In this document: positions 1 to 8,219 of the stretch, one piece after another
Layout: every line of letters begins with the position of its first letter
Numbering within the stretch: position 1 is the stretch's first letter
Source of the DNA: a candidate division WOR-3 bacterium
GTDB taxonomy: Bacteria > Hydrothermota > Hydrothermia > LBFQ01 > DSFT01
Assembly (NCBI GenBank): GCA_965649115.1
Contig: CBFGJN010000019.1
Location: 1-29,621 of the forward strand
Length of the DNA: 29,621 bases
Direction: 5' to 3'
Translations under genes and position numbers: made by a program
Notes under the pieces: generated by a model
Told to the model about the DNA's origin: nothing
Database searches by the model: none
What the model saw: only the letters and a program-made list of their open reading frames with translations

Positions 1-116
1 TTTAGGCTTTGGGGGGCTTTGCCCCCCATTAGACCCCCCATTAAATCTATAACTTCTTTAAAATTTTTATAAACTATTGATAATCAAGGACTTATCATTA
101 TTTATTGGACAAAGCA
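1..116 (-). mobile_element. MITE-like repeat copy, reverse orientation, cut by window start
   Basis: GGGGGGC-TTT-GCCCCCC hairpin (11-27), paired motif TAAACTATTGATAATCAAGGACTTA, and terminal GGACAAAGCA at 107-116. Reverse complement aligns with the left half of copy 5755-5959. Confidence 0.85.
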
Positions 117-119
117 TGG

Positions 120-884
120 TTAAAAAAATTTTTCTAAAATTTCTATCTTATCAACTACTTTTTCAAGATTAATATCTTGATTATTATACTTATTTAAAAT
201 AAAACCAGAAAAATTTAAATTTAGACTTTCAAGAAATGATTTCAAATTTAAGGATAAATCTATTATTAATTTGTTTGGATTTATAACGATATAGTAATTA
301 GCACTTCTAAAAAATTCTTCAACTTCAAGAGCAATTATTTCTTTTTCTTTTAGTTTTTCATAACTTTTAAGTTTTCTACTTGCCCAATTTTCGGAAATAT
401 TTTTCCAATTTTCATAAATTTTTAAAATAATTTCTAAATTTTTTCTTAAATTGAAAAGCGTTTTCAAAAACGAAATAAATTGATAAGATGGTGGTGTATC
501 TATTATAAAAACTTCAAAATTTTTTGGAATTTTATAAATTCCATATATTATAGCAGTATTTACCGCGATACTTGAATCTAAAATAAATTTTGAATATTTT
601 TCAAATTCTTCAAAAGCTCTTTTACTTAAAAATTCACTTATATTTTCTTTAATATCATTTATATAGTTTTTTGAAATTGATTTTGCATCAACTTCAATAG
701 TGTATAAATTTTCCTTAATTTCAGTTATACTATTGCCTATGTTTTTATTGAAAATTAATGAAAGGGAATGGTCTTGATCTATTGAAATTAATAGAATTTT
801 TTTAATTTTTGATAATTTTTCAGCATATATTTTAGAGACAGTGCTTTTACCAACTCCACCTTTACCACAAAAAACAATTTTCAT
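120..884 (-). CDS. ArsA/GET3-family (SIMIBI) ATPase, single domain, divergent
   Basis: Deviant Walker A GKGGVGKST; ISIDQDHSL resembling ArsA STDPAHSL; IIDTPPS resembling DTAPTG. Confidence 0.75.
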   Translation of the reverse strand: MKIVFCGKGGVGKSTVSKIYAEKLSKIKKILLISIDQDHSLSLIFNKNIGNSITEIKENLYTIEVDAKSISKNYINDIKENISEFLSKRAFEEFEKYSKFILDSSIAVNTAIIYGIYKIPKNFEVFIIDTPPSYQFISFLKTLFNLRKNLEIILKIYENWKNISENWASRKLKSYEKLKEKEIIALEVEEFFRSANYYIVINPNKLIIDLSLNLKSFLESLNLNFSGFILNKYNNQDINLEKVVDKIEILEKFF

Positions 885-1264
885 TCTTTAAAATTTATTT
901 CTATTGGTAAATTTCTGGATTTCCAATCTTCAAAACTTCCCTTATAATGTTTTACATTATATCCAAGAGCTTTTAAAATTTGATAAGCTTTTTGTGAGAG
1001 AATACCTTTCTGGCAATAAACAACAATAGTATCATCCTTTGAGATTTTAATTCTACCACTTTTTATTTCATCTCTTAATCTATCTAAGGGGATATTATAT
1101 TTCGTATTTGGTATATGTCCTTTATTAAATTCTTCGTTATTTCTAACATCAATTAAAATAATTTTTGGATTGTTTTCATTTTTTAAAATATAATTTGCAT
1201 CAACAATGTCTTGACTTTCCGAACAACCAATTAATATAATAAAAAATAAAATTCTTTTTAGCAC
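881..1264 (-). CDS. Rhodanese-domain lipoprotein
   Basis: Lipobox LIGC; LIDVR..EEFNKGHIP; active-site loop VYCQKGILS; GSFEDW. GTG start. Confidence 0.85.
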   Translation of the reverse strand: MLKRILFFIILIGCSESQDIVDANYILKNENNPKIILIDVRNNEEFNKGHIPNTKYNIPLDRLRDEIKSGRIKISKDDTIVVYCQKGILSQKAYQILKALGYNVKHYKGSFEDWKSRNLPIEINFKE

Positions 1265-1271
1265 TGATGAA

Positions 1272-1277
1272 ATTTTA
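1272..1277 (-). promoter_or_regulatory. Putative -10 box TAAAAT, 7 nt before the rhodanese GTG
   Basis: Minus strand reads GTCCTT-TAAAAT-TTCATCA-GTG; same motif and spacing recur at many genes. Confidence 0.65.
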
Positions 1278-1283
1278 AAGGAC

Positions 1284-1337
1284 TACTTTGTCCAAAATAT
1301 GAGCATTTACAAGCCAAAGGCTTAATTGGACAAAACA
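1284..1337 (+). mobile_element. MITE-like copy 1 of tandem array (54 bp, heavily deleted)
   Basis: TACTTTGTCC...AAGCCAAAGGCTT...GGACAAAACA, followed by AATAATAGA. Confidence 0.75.
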
Positions 1338-1346
1338 AATAATAGA

Positions 1347-1488
1347 TGCTTTGTCCAGTAAATAACTTATGAAAAATTTTCTGACCCAAGGCATAAAAAT
1401 GGGGTATTTATAAAGCTCCGCCTTATTTCATAGTGTGGGTGGGAAAAGTAAAGAAATAATGATATTTTCAGAATTACTGGACAAAGCA
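1347..1488 (+). mobile_element. MITE-like copy 2 of tandem array (142 bp)
   Basis: TGCTTTGTCCAGTAA...AATTACTGGACAAAGCA, followed by AATAATATA. Confidence 0.85.
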
Positions 1489-1497
1489 AATAATATA

Positions 1498-1674
1498 TGC
1501 TTTGTCTAATAATTATTGCTAAGCGATTGATAATCAATTACTTATAAAATTTTCAAGAAAATTATTGATTTTTAGGGGGGTTTTTGGGGGCTCCGCCCCC
1601 CAAAGCAAAAAATGGGTATTTTAAAGCCGAAGGCTTTTGAAAAATAAATAATTCCAGAATTTTTGGACACAGCA
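1498..1674 (+). mobile_element. MITE-like copy 3 of tandem array (177 bp)
   Basis: TGCTTTGTCT...GGACACAGCA, both hairpins present, flanked on both sides by AATAATATA. Confidence 0.85.
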
Positions 1675-1683
1675 AATAATATA

Positions 1684-1888
1684 TGCTTTGTCCAGTAATT
1701 ATTGTCAATCACCTGATAATCAATAACTTATAAAATTTTTAGGGAAATTATTGATTTTATGGGGGGATTAAGGGGGGCGTTAGCCCCCCATAACCGAAAA
1801 ATGGGTATTTATAAGGCGAAGCCTTATTCATAGGGTGGGTGGAGAAAATATAGAAATAATCATATTTTTAGAATTACTAGACAAAACA
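1684..1888 (+). mobile_element. MITE-like copy 4 of tandem array (205 bp, full length)
   Basis: TGCTTTGTCCAGTAATT...AATTACTAGACAAAACA with a perfect 9-bp flanking direct repeat AATAATATA (1675-1683 and 1889-1897). Confidence 0.9.
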
Positions 1889-1910
1889 AATAATATAAAA
1901 ATTTGTGCTT

Positions 1911-1916
1911 TAAAAT
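1911..1916 (+). promoter_or_regulatory. Putative -10 box TAAAAT of the lipoprotein operon
   Basis: TGCTT-TAAAAT-TTTC, followed by a short leader with GGAGG before ATG 1942. Confidence 0.65.
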
Positions 1917-1941
1917 TTTCATACTAACGGAGGTAAAAAGT

Positions 1942-2262
1942 ATGAGAAAGTTAATAACAACAACCGTGATGATGCTTTCAATGTTGGGTTGCCAACAGAT
2001 AAAGCCTGAGGAGATAACGAAACCCCTAAATGATAAGATATCTGCTATTGAAGAAAAGATAAAGAATATAGAATCTTGGATAGATGAACAGAAAAAAGCT
2101 GCTGAAAATGCTCCAAAGACTACTGAGGAAATGTCAAAAGCTATTGCTGAATTGAAAAAATCGGTTGAACAATTGAAAAGTGAGCTTTCAAATATAAGTG
2201 GTAGATTATCAAAAGTTGAACAAGCTCAAAAGGTAATGAGTACACCTGGAAAGCAAAAATAA
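1942..2262 (+). CDS. Small coiled-coil lipoprotein
   Basis: Start moved to ATG 1942 (GGAGG upstream); MRK + hydrophobic stretch + MLGC lipobox; heptad-rich remainder. Confidence 0.75.
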   Translation: MRKLITTTVMMLSMLGCQQIKPEEITKPLNDKISAIEEKIKNIESWIDEQKKAAENAPKTTEEMSKAIAELKKSVEQLKSELSNISGRLSKVEQAQKVMSTPGKQK

Positions 2263-2275
2263 AGGAGGAAAGAAT

Positions 2276-3070
2276 ATGAGAAAATTATATATAACCTTAA
2301 CCGCTCTTTCGCTTTTGATATGGGCATGTTCAAAGGAAGATACAACTCCGCCATCTGCTCCACAAAATCTAACAGGAACAGCAGTAAATAATGGTCAAGA
2401 TTTAAAGCTTACTTGGGATGCACCGATAGAGGGAAAACCTAGTAGCTATGATGTTTTATGCGATGGAACAACCGTTGCCTCCGGACTCCCTGATACAACT
2501 ACTACATATACAATTAATGGTGCTCAAAATGTTTGTAAGCAGGTTCAGGTTGTTGCGGTTAGTGGTTCAGGTCAAAGTGCGGCAACACTAGATCTTACAC
2601 CTGCTCAAAGTACTGTTAAACTTTACCGTTCTGATGTTGCTAGCCAACCATCTTGGGCAAAAGTGGTTTTCGGGGCAAATGTTAGTGTAAGTGCTATTTT
2701 TACAAATCAAGTTGATTGTTCAGCAGCAAACACTGGGTATTTTATTTATGCAGTGCCTAATACTTTGAAAGATGTGAGTGCTACACAAAATCCAGGATGC
2801 CAGGCTAAGTACGAGTTTGCCTTCTCACAAGCAGCGACAGGAAATTTAGCTCCTTCTGCTGGAAATTATAATACGGCGAGAGATATATCTGATGGTGCTA
2901 CTTACTTCTATTGGGCTGATAATACAAGTGTAGGATATGGTCAAATTGATGCTAATGATTACTTTGGAAAAGTTGTTGTTTCACTTGGCTCAGATAATAA
3001 TGGTGCTTTTGCTAATCTAACTATATATACTCAAAATAAAGTTCCTGGTCTTCGCTGGGTAAAACAATAA
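2276..3070 (+). CDS. Lipoprotein with N-terminal fibronectin type III-like domain
   Basis: AGGAGG SD; lipobox IWAC; DTTPPSAPQNL..LTWDAP..SYDV FN3 pattern. Confidence 0.75.
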   Translation: MRKLYITLTALSLLIWACSKEDTTPPSAPQNLTGTAVNNGQDLKLTWDAPIEGKPSSYDVLCDGTTVASGLPDTTTTYTINGAQNVCKQVQVVAVSGSGQSAATLDLTPAQSTVKLYRSDVASQPSWAKVVFGANVSVSAIFTNQVDCSAANTGYFIYAVPNTLKDVSATQNPGCQAKYEFAFSQAATGNLAPSAGNYNTARDISDGATYFYWADNTSVGYGQIDANDYFGKVVVSLGSDNNGAFANLTIYTQNKVPGLRWVKQ

Positions 3071-3079
3071 CATTTTTTT

Positions 3080-3096
3080 AGCCCCCGTGTGGGGCT
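3080..3096 (+). terminator. Putative terminator hairpin
   Basis: AGCCCC-CGTGT-GGGGCT 9 nt after the stop; weak U tract. Confidence 0.55.
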
Positions 3097-3102
3097 CTTA
3101 AT

Positions 3103-3657
3103 TTGGAAAACTATTTAAAATCTGTAAATGATTTAAAAAATTTAACAAATTGGCTTGAAGAAATAAAAGAATATTTATTTACTCTAATTTCTGATTTAAA
3201 ACAATCTATTTCAATTGGAAAAAAAATTCTTATTTGTGGGAATGGTGGAAGTTCTGCTGAAAGTTCTCACTTTTCATCTGAACTTGTTTGGAAATTTAAA
3301 AATTTAAGAAAGCCGATTTTTGCAATAAATCTTGTTTCAGATATGTCTTTAATAACAGCAATTGCTAACGATTCTTCATTTGATTATATATTTTCAAGAC
3401 AAGTAGAAGCATTTGGTAATGAGGGCGATTTTTTATTTGCTTTTTCAACATCTGGAAAATCAAAAAATGTTAATTTAGCAGTTAAGAAGGCTTATGAAAA
3501 GAAAATGAAAATTGTTTATATGACAGGAAAAAATTCATTTGAAGTTGAACATTTATGTAATTATGTCTTTAAAGTTCCTTCAAACGATACACCAAGAATT
3601 CAAGAAATTCATTTATTTTTGATCCATTCAATATGTAATGAACTTGAAGAAATATGA
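3103..3657 (+). CDS. gmhA: Phosphoheptose isomerase (SIS domain)
   Basis: ICGNGGSSAESSH, TAIAND..FDYIFSRQVEA, STSGKSKNV, TPRIQEIH. Confidence 0.92.
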   Translation: MENYLKSVNDLKNLTNWLEEIKEYLFTLISDLKQSISIGKKILICGNGGSSAESSHFSSELVWKFKNLRKPIFAINLVSDMSLITAIANDSSFDYIFSRQVEAFGNEGDFLFAFSTSGKSKNVNLAVKKAYEKKMKIVYMTGKNSFEVEHLCNYVFKVPSNDTPRIQEIHLFLIHSICNELEEI

Positions 3658-4166
3658 AGAAGAAAAATATAAAAATTGAAGGAGAAAAGAAAAAATTTAA
3701 CTTTAAAATAAATTTTAGAATAAAATTGAATTACAGAAGAATTTTATATATTCTTGGAGTTATTTTAATTGTTATTTTAATTATTGGATTTTCAATATCA
3801 ACTTATATTTCCATTTCAAGAAGACAATTAGAAACATTAAAAAGAGATTTATTTCCAAAAATAAAAATTGAAATTTACAATGGTTCGGGATACGATGGTA
3901 TTGCAAGGAAATTGACTTGGTATTTAAGAGATAATAATTTTGATGTTGTTTATTATGGTAATGCTTCTGAAACAATAGAAAAAACTATAATTGTTGATAG
4001 GGTTGATAGTTCTATGAAATATGCAAAAATTTTAAAGAATTTTTTAGGTGGAGGAATTGTAAAGTTTGAGCCTGACCCTGATAAATTAACAACAATAACA
4101 ATTCTCATTGGTAGAGATTTCTATAAAATTTTTCCAAAAATTAAAAATTATGATAAAGTTTTTTGA
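3654..4166 (+). CDS. Membrane-anchored LytR C-terminal domain protein
   Basis: One TM helix, then IEIYNGSGYDGIA...GNA...ITILIGRDF. Confidence 0.8.
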   Translation: MKKKNIKIEGEKKKFNFKINFRIKLNYRRILYILGVILIVILIIGFSISTYISISRRQLETLKRDLFPKIKIEIYNGSGYDGIARKLTWYLRDNNFDVVYYGNASETIEKTIIVDRVDSSMKYAKILKNFLGGGIVKFEPDPDKLTTITILIGRDFYKIFPKIKNYDKVF

Positions 4167-4569
4167 AATAGTAGCAACGGGTTTTTATATTGGAAAATTA
4201 AAAAAATTTGGTCCAACAATTTCAATAATATTCGCTATACCTTTTCTATTTTTAAAAGAAAAAATTTTCTTTTTCTTAATAATTTTATTAATCTCAATCA
4301 TTGGTTCATATCTAATGGTAAAAAAAACAAATCAAAAAGACCCACAAGAAGTTGTAATTGATGAGATATTAGGTTTCTTTTTCATTTTTCTTTTTTTGGA
4401 TTTTAATTTGAAAAATTTTTTTATTGCTTTTATTTTTTTTAGGATTTTTGATTTCTTAAAACTATTCCCTATAAATTTTCTTGAAGAAATTCCATATTTT
4501 GGGATTATATTAGATGATTTAATGGCAGGTGCTTACTCGCTTTTAACCATTAAACTTATAGTAAGTTGA
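4150..4569 (+). CDS. pgpA: Phosphatidylglycerophosphatase A
   Basis: ATGFYIG, KDPQEVVIDE, FRIFDFLKLFPI, GIILDDLMAG; ATG 4150 preferred as start. Confidence 0.88.
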   Translation: MIKFFEIVATGFYIGKLKKFGPTISIIFAIPFLFLKEKIFFFLIILLISIIGSYLMVKKTNQKDPQEVVIDEILGFFFIFLFLDFNLKNFFIAFIFFRIFDFLKLFPINFLEEIPYFGIILDDLMAGAYSLLTIKLIVS

Positions 4570-5180
4570 AAAAACTCCTTCAAAAGGACTTTTTAATTTT
4601 ATTTCGTTCTATTGGTTTTTTAATATCTTACATTTCTAATAATTTCATAATGATTTTAATTTTTTCCATTGCTTTATCTTCTCAAACAATTGAAATAATA
4701 AATGGTATTTTTTGGTCAGTATTTTTTTTAAATAGTATTCTAATTGCTTCTAAAATTGTTGAGGAGGAATTTTTGGAAGAGAGTTTTTTTGTTTTAATTA
4801 CTTACTTTTCAGTTGAAAAAATAATTATTTCAAAAATTATAATTGTGTCGTTTTATCTTATTTTTTTTGGCATATTGAATGTTTTTTTTATTTTTTTTAT
4901 TTTTAGTAAATTGATAATTAACCTTAACTTAATTGTTTTCTTATTAATCTCAAGTTTTTCAATAAGTGCTATTTCAATAATGTTAAATTTAATGCTTCAT
5001 AAAGTTCAATCAAAACATTTATTAAGTTATTTACTTTATATCCCTTTATCAATTCCAATTTTTTTGTCATCTTTAAATGGTTCTTTGGAATTCAAAATTG
5101 ATTGGATTTTTCTTTCACTTATTTGTTTATTTTTATATAATTCATTTGTTTTGTTTTATAGCGAGAAGTTTTTGTTTTAG
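4566..5180 (+). CDS. ccmB: CcmB-like ABC exporter permease
   Basis: Multi-TM protein; KDFLILFR at N-terminus, GIFW, LLYIPLSIPIF resembling CcmB LLPLxxP. Confidence 0.6.
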   Translation: MKKLLQKDFLILFRSIGFLISYISNNFIMILIFSIALSSQTIEIINGIFWSVFFLNSILIASKIVEEEFLEESFFVLITYFSVEKIIISKIIIVSFYLIFFGILNVFFIFFIFSKLIINLNLIVFLLISSFSISAISIMLNLMLHKVQSKHLLSYLLYIPLSIPIFLSSLNGSLEFKIDWIFLSLICLFLYNSFVLFYSEKFLF

Positions 5181-5206
5181 TGAAACTAAACAAATTGCCC
5201 TCCGTT

Positions 5207-5225
5207 AGAATTATTGAACAATGCA
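5207..5225 (+). repeat. Isolated right end of the MITE-like element
   Basis: AGAATTATTGAACAATGCA matches 5941-5959 (AGAATTATTGGACAATGCA) at 18 of 19 positions. Confidence 0.7.
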
Positions 5226-5260
5226 ACAAACATAATTTATTATGCTTTAAACTTTCAATT

Positions 5261-5740
5261 ATGATAACACTAATTTTAATTTCCCAAATAACAAGAGAAG
5301 AATTTTTAGAATTTAAAAAATATGTTGAAGTTCAATTTACAAAAACAGAAGAAAAATTTAAAGCTATTGAAACACAAATTCAAACTTCAAACCAAAAAAT
5401 AGAAGATTTAGATAAGAAGCTAACTCAAAGGATAGAAGATTTAGATAAGAAGTTAAACAAAAGAATAGATGACTTAACAACATATCTTTGGATATTTATG
5501 GGGTTTATTACGATCTTAATAGGATTTACAATTGGGTTTGGTTTAAAACCTGTTGAAGAGAAAAAAGCTGATAAGGAATTAGTAATTAAACTTGAACAAA
5601 AAATTCAAAGTTTAGAAGATGAAAACAAAAAATTAAAAAACCAAAATCAAGCTTTAATTTTTATTCTTGAAAAATTTATCAATGGAGCAAGCAAAGAAGA
5701 AATTAAAGCAGAAATTGAATTGATTAAGAGAATGTCATAA
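5261..5740 (+). CDS. Coiled-coil membrane protein with 11-aa repeats (Bdr/DUF1640-like architecture)
   Basis: ATG 5261 is 7 nt after TAAACT; the ORF-track extension runs through a repeat end. IEDLDKKLTQR repeats, one TM helix, C-terminal coiled coil. Confidence 0.65.
   Translation: MITLILISQITREEFLEFKKYVEVQFTKTEEKFKAIETQIQTSNQKIEDLDKKLTQRIEDLDKKLNKRIDDLTTYLWIFMGFITILIGFTIGFGLKPVEEKKADKELVIKLEQKIQSLEDENKKLKNQNQALIFILEKFINGASKEEIKAEIELIKRMS
5399..5476 (+). repeat. 33-bp coding tandem repeat (about 2.4 copies)
   Basis: ATAGAAGATTTAGATAAGAAG at 5399 and 5432; partial third copy at 5465. Confidence 0.85.
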
Positions 5741-5754
5741 TTTTTATGCCTTAT

Positions 5755-5959
5755 TGCTTTGTCTAATAAATAATGTTAAGACCTTGATAATCAATAACTT
5801 ATAAAGATTTTAAGGAAATTATTGATTTTATCGGGGGTTTTAAGGGGGGCTCCGCCCCCCATAGCCGAAAAGTGGGAATTTTGAAGGCGAAGCCTTGGAT
5901 ATAGGGTGGGTGGGGAAAATATAGAAATGATTATATTTCCAGAATTATTGGACAATGCA
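5755..5959 (+). mobile_element. MITE-like element, full length (205 bp)
   Basis: TGCTTTGTCTAATAA...TTATTGGACAATGCA, colinear with 1684-1888; no matching flanking duplication. Confidence 0.9.
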
Positions 5960-5994
5960 AAAATAAATAAAACTTATCCTTTAAAATTTAAACC

Positions 5995-6651
5995 TTGAAG
6001 GAAATAAATAATGAAATCCATGCAATTGATGTTATACAAAGTATCCAAACAACAAAAACACCTCTTACAATTATCATTATTTCAGGAGGAAATAAATTTG
6101 AAAAAATGGCTAAAATTTATGTAAATGATAGAAAAATTTATCATGCGGAATATGAAAGTTATGTAGGAATTGAAGCCCTAAAAAGAATTATAAAATTGCC
6201 TATAAAACGTGTTTATATTATCAAAACAAACAATTTAATAAAGGAAAAAACAATTGATCTTAAAGTTGATGAAGCCCTCTTGAATTTAACATTTCAAAGT
6301 TCAAATCTACCCGCTTTAACAACATTTGTAGATGCCAATTCTATCGTAAATGAATTACAAAAAATTGGTTCAATAATATGTATTTTGTATTATTTTGAAA
6401 GTGATAAATCGGAAATTATTGAAATTGAATATATTGATAATGCCTTTTCAAGCAAAAAAATAGAAATAGCAGATAGAATTTCAGAATTTATTAAAAAATT
6501 TGGGAAGTTTATAGAACAAAATGAAACACTTATTCTTGAAAGAGAAATTGTATATATTTTTCATAAAACAATAAGTACTTATCTTGTTATTGTTGCGAAG
6601 AACGACATTCAAATTGATATTGTTAGAGTTATCCTAAAAAAAATAATATAG
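5995..6651 (+). CDS. DUF4388 (PATAN-like) domain protein, possible C-terminal roadblock-like domain
   Basis: IDVIQSI...KIYVNDRKIYHAEY..YVGIEALKRI pattern. Confidence 0.6.
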   Translation: MKEINNEIHAIDVIQSIQTTKTPLTIIIISGGNKFEKMAKIYVNDRKIYHAEYESYVGIEALKRIIKLPIKRVYIIKTNNLIKEKTIDLKVDEALLNLTFQSSNLPALTTFVDANSIVNELQKIGSIICILYYFESDKSEIIEIEYIDNAFSSKKIEIADRISEFIKKFGKFIEQNETLILEREIVYIFHKTISTYLVIVAKNDIQIDIVRVILKKII

Positions 6652-6668
6652 GGGCAAAAAGCCCCTAT
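6648..6668. terminator. Hairpin between convergent genes, probable bidirectional terminator
   Basis: ATAGGGGC-AAAAA-GCCCCTAT; both TAG stop codons are part of the stem. Confidence 0.7.
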
Positions 6669-7126
6669 TCTTTTAATTCAATCTGAATTTCTTTACCTTT
6701 CTGCTTTTCTGATTTTGGAATAACTAATTTCAAAACACCATTCTTGAATTGTGCAGAAATTTTATCTATTTCAACATCTGTTGGTAATGAGATTTCAGTA
6801 TGGAATTTTCCATACCATATTGATTGATAATGAATTTGTGTTCTTTCCTTTCTTTCATAATGCTCTTTCTTTTCACCAGTAATCGTAAGAACATTATCTT
6901 TTACATGAACCTTTACATCTTCTTTATTTACACCTGGAAGTTCAACAATAACTTCATATCTATCATCTTCCTCAATCATATCTACATTAGGAGACCATAC
7001 GATTGACTTTTTATCCTCCAAGCTTGTGATAGCTTCAGAGAAGGATCTTTCAAACTCCCTAAGTAGTGAAAATGGTCTCTCAAAGATCTCATCAATTATT
7101 GACCTTCTAACTGGTAACCTTCTCAT
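6665..7126 (-). CDS. Hsp20/alpha-crystallin small heat shock protein
   Basis: WSPNVDMIE..VELPGV.KEDVKV..LTITGEK..YGKF...A.FKNGVLKLVIPK; AGGAGGTG SD. Confidence 0.95.
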   Translation of the reverse strand: MRRLPVRRSIIDEIFERPFSLLREFERSFSEAITSLEDKKSIVWSPNVDMIEEDDRYEVIVELPGVNKEDVKVHVKDNVLTITGEKKEHYERKERTQIHYQSIWYGKFHTEISLPTDVEIDKISAQFKNGVLKLVIPKSEKQKGKEIQIELKE

Positions 7127-7254
7127 AGTCTCACCTCCTTTTTAAGGGTTTTATTATATAGGATGAAAATTTTAAAGTTAGTTAACAGTTTATGAAACCT
7201 TTAAAAAATTTTTTTAATTTTTTGTGCTTTATAATATTAGGACTTTATTTTACT

Positions 7255-7276
7255 AAAAGGGGCAAGAAGCCCTTTA
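7255..7276 (-). terminator. Putative intrinsic terminator
   Basis: Minus strand TAAAGGGC-TTCTT-GCCCCTTTT at the stop of the beta-barrel gene. Confidence 0.6.
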
Positions 7277-8116
7277 ATAGGAAACATTTAAACCAGCTGT
7301 AATACCAAGCCTTGTAACTGGTGAATTTTTACCCATTAATGAAAACCCGTAATAACCATATTCATCAGCTACTCCTAGCTTTGCCCAAACAGAAATTGGA
7401 CCAGTTTTGTATTTTAGATATGGCATAATTGAAAAATTAGAAGAAGAAGAGTTAGGAACACTATTACCTCCAACCTTTGCTTCTGTTTTTAATCTATAAA
7501 TAAGATCAAGCCCTAAACTTATTGAAGCAACTTCAGAAAGCCCAAATTTATAGCCTCCACCTACAGCAAAACTTAACTGATCACCTTGATCATATTTTAT
7601 ATTATTTTCTTCACTTTCAAGTGTCAAAGCATAACTAAAATTAGCATGAAAATCTCCTAAACCCGCCATAAATGGAACATTAGTTCCAAGACCAACCAAA
7701 ACTGCATTTTGCCTGTCTGAATTTTCTATCTTATTTATATCAGCCTTAGGTCCTAAATCAATTTGAAAACCAACAAAACCATTAAAGAATAAATATGAAC
7801 CTCCAAATAAGAGGTTCAAGTACTGGGGAGAAAATCCAGAACTAACTGAATTACCAACCTTTGGTGATAACTGATGTTGTGAAAAATTAAAGTCTAATCC
7901 AGCATAAACCTTTGGACCAACTTCAGGTGAAAGAATATAATACTTAGCATTCAAACCAAGATTTAAAACAGAAGCAGTACCATTTAGGTCCTGAGCTTTA
8001 CCAGCGGTGTCGTATTGCTGAGTTGTAGAGCCGTATCCAAGTCTTAGACCACCAGAGAACTTTTCAGCATATGCAACACCAATCAAGAACATCATCGTTG
8101 TTATGAATATTCTCAT
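7274..8116 (-). CDS. Outer-membrane beta-barrel protein
   Basis: Classical signal peptide (..GVAYA), alternating Gly/aromatic beta strands, C-terminal aromatic residue (AGLNVSY), AGGAGGT SD. Confidence 0.75.
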   Translation of the reverse strand: MRIFITTMMFLIGVAYAEKFSGGLRLGYGSTTQQYDTAGKAQDLNGTASVLNLGLNAKYYILSPEVGPKVYAGLDFNFSQHQLSPKVGNSVSSGFSPQYLNLLFGGSYLFFNGFVGFQIDLGPKADINKIENSDRQNAVLVGLGTNVPFMAGLGDFHANFSYALTLESEENNIKYDQGDQLSFAVGGGYKFGLSEVASISLGLDLIYRLKTEAKVGGNSVPNSSSSNFSIMPYLKYKTGPISVWAKLGVADEYGYYGFSLMGKNSPVTRLGITAGLNVSY

Positions 8117-8177
8117 AATTTTTACCTCCTTTTGTAGAGGCTTAAAAGTTTAAGGCATGCTTTATAAATTCACATCC

Positions 8178-8219
8178 TGGGGTTTAATAGAGGGCTGAGC
8201 CCCCATAGGATAAAATGGG
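8178..8219 (+). repeat. Decayed internal fragment of the MITE-like element, interrupted by a younger copy
   Basis: GGGGTTTAATAGAGGGCTGAGCCCCCATAGGATAAAATGGG continues as TATTTAT after 8390, matching the element core. Confidence 0.7.

Noticed and set aside
1..41. Circular element suggested by similar sequence at both window ends
   Set aside because: The two ends differ in sequence (different repeat copies), and the content is chromosomal housekeeping.
1326..1700. CRISPR array with palindromic repeat GGACAAAGCA-AATAATATA-TGCTTTGTCC
   Set aside because: The 'spacers' are 120-160 bp, homologous to each other and to dispersed copies; there are no cas genes; the palindrome is two abutting TIRs.
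5872..5915. G-quadruplex in the GGGTGGGTGGG segment
   Set aside because: Only three closely spaced G-runs, not intact in all copies.
5949..5987. TGGACA/TAGACA in the TIR as an outward -35 box
   Set aside because: Spacing to the -10 box is 26-27 nt rather than about 17.
7127..7254. Heat-shock operator (CIRCE) upstream of hsp20
   Set aside because: No TTAGCACTC-N9-GAGTGCTAA match is visible.
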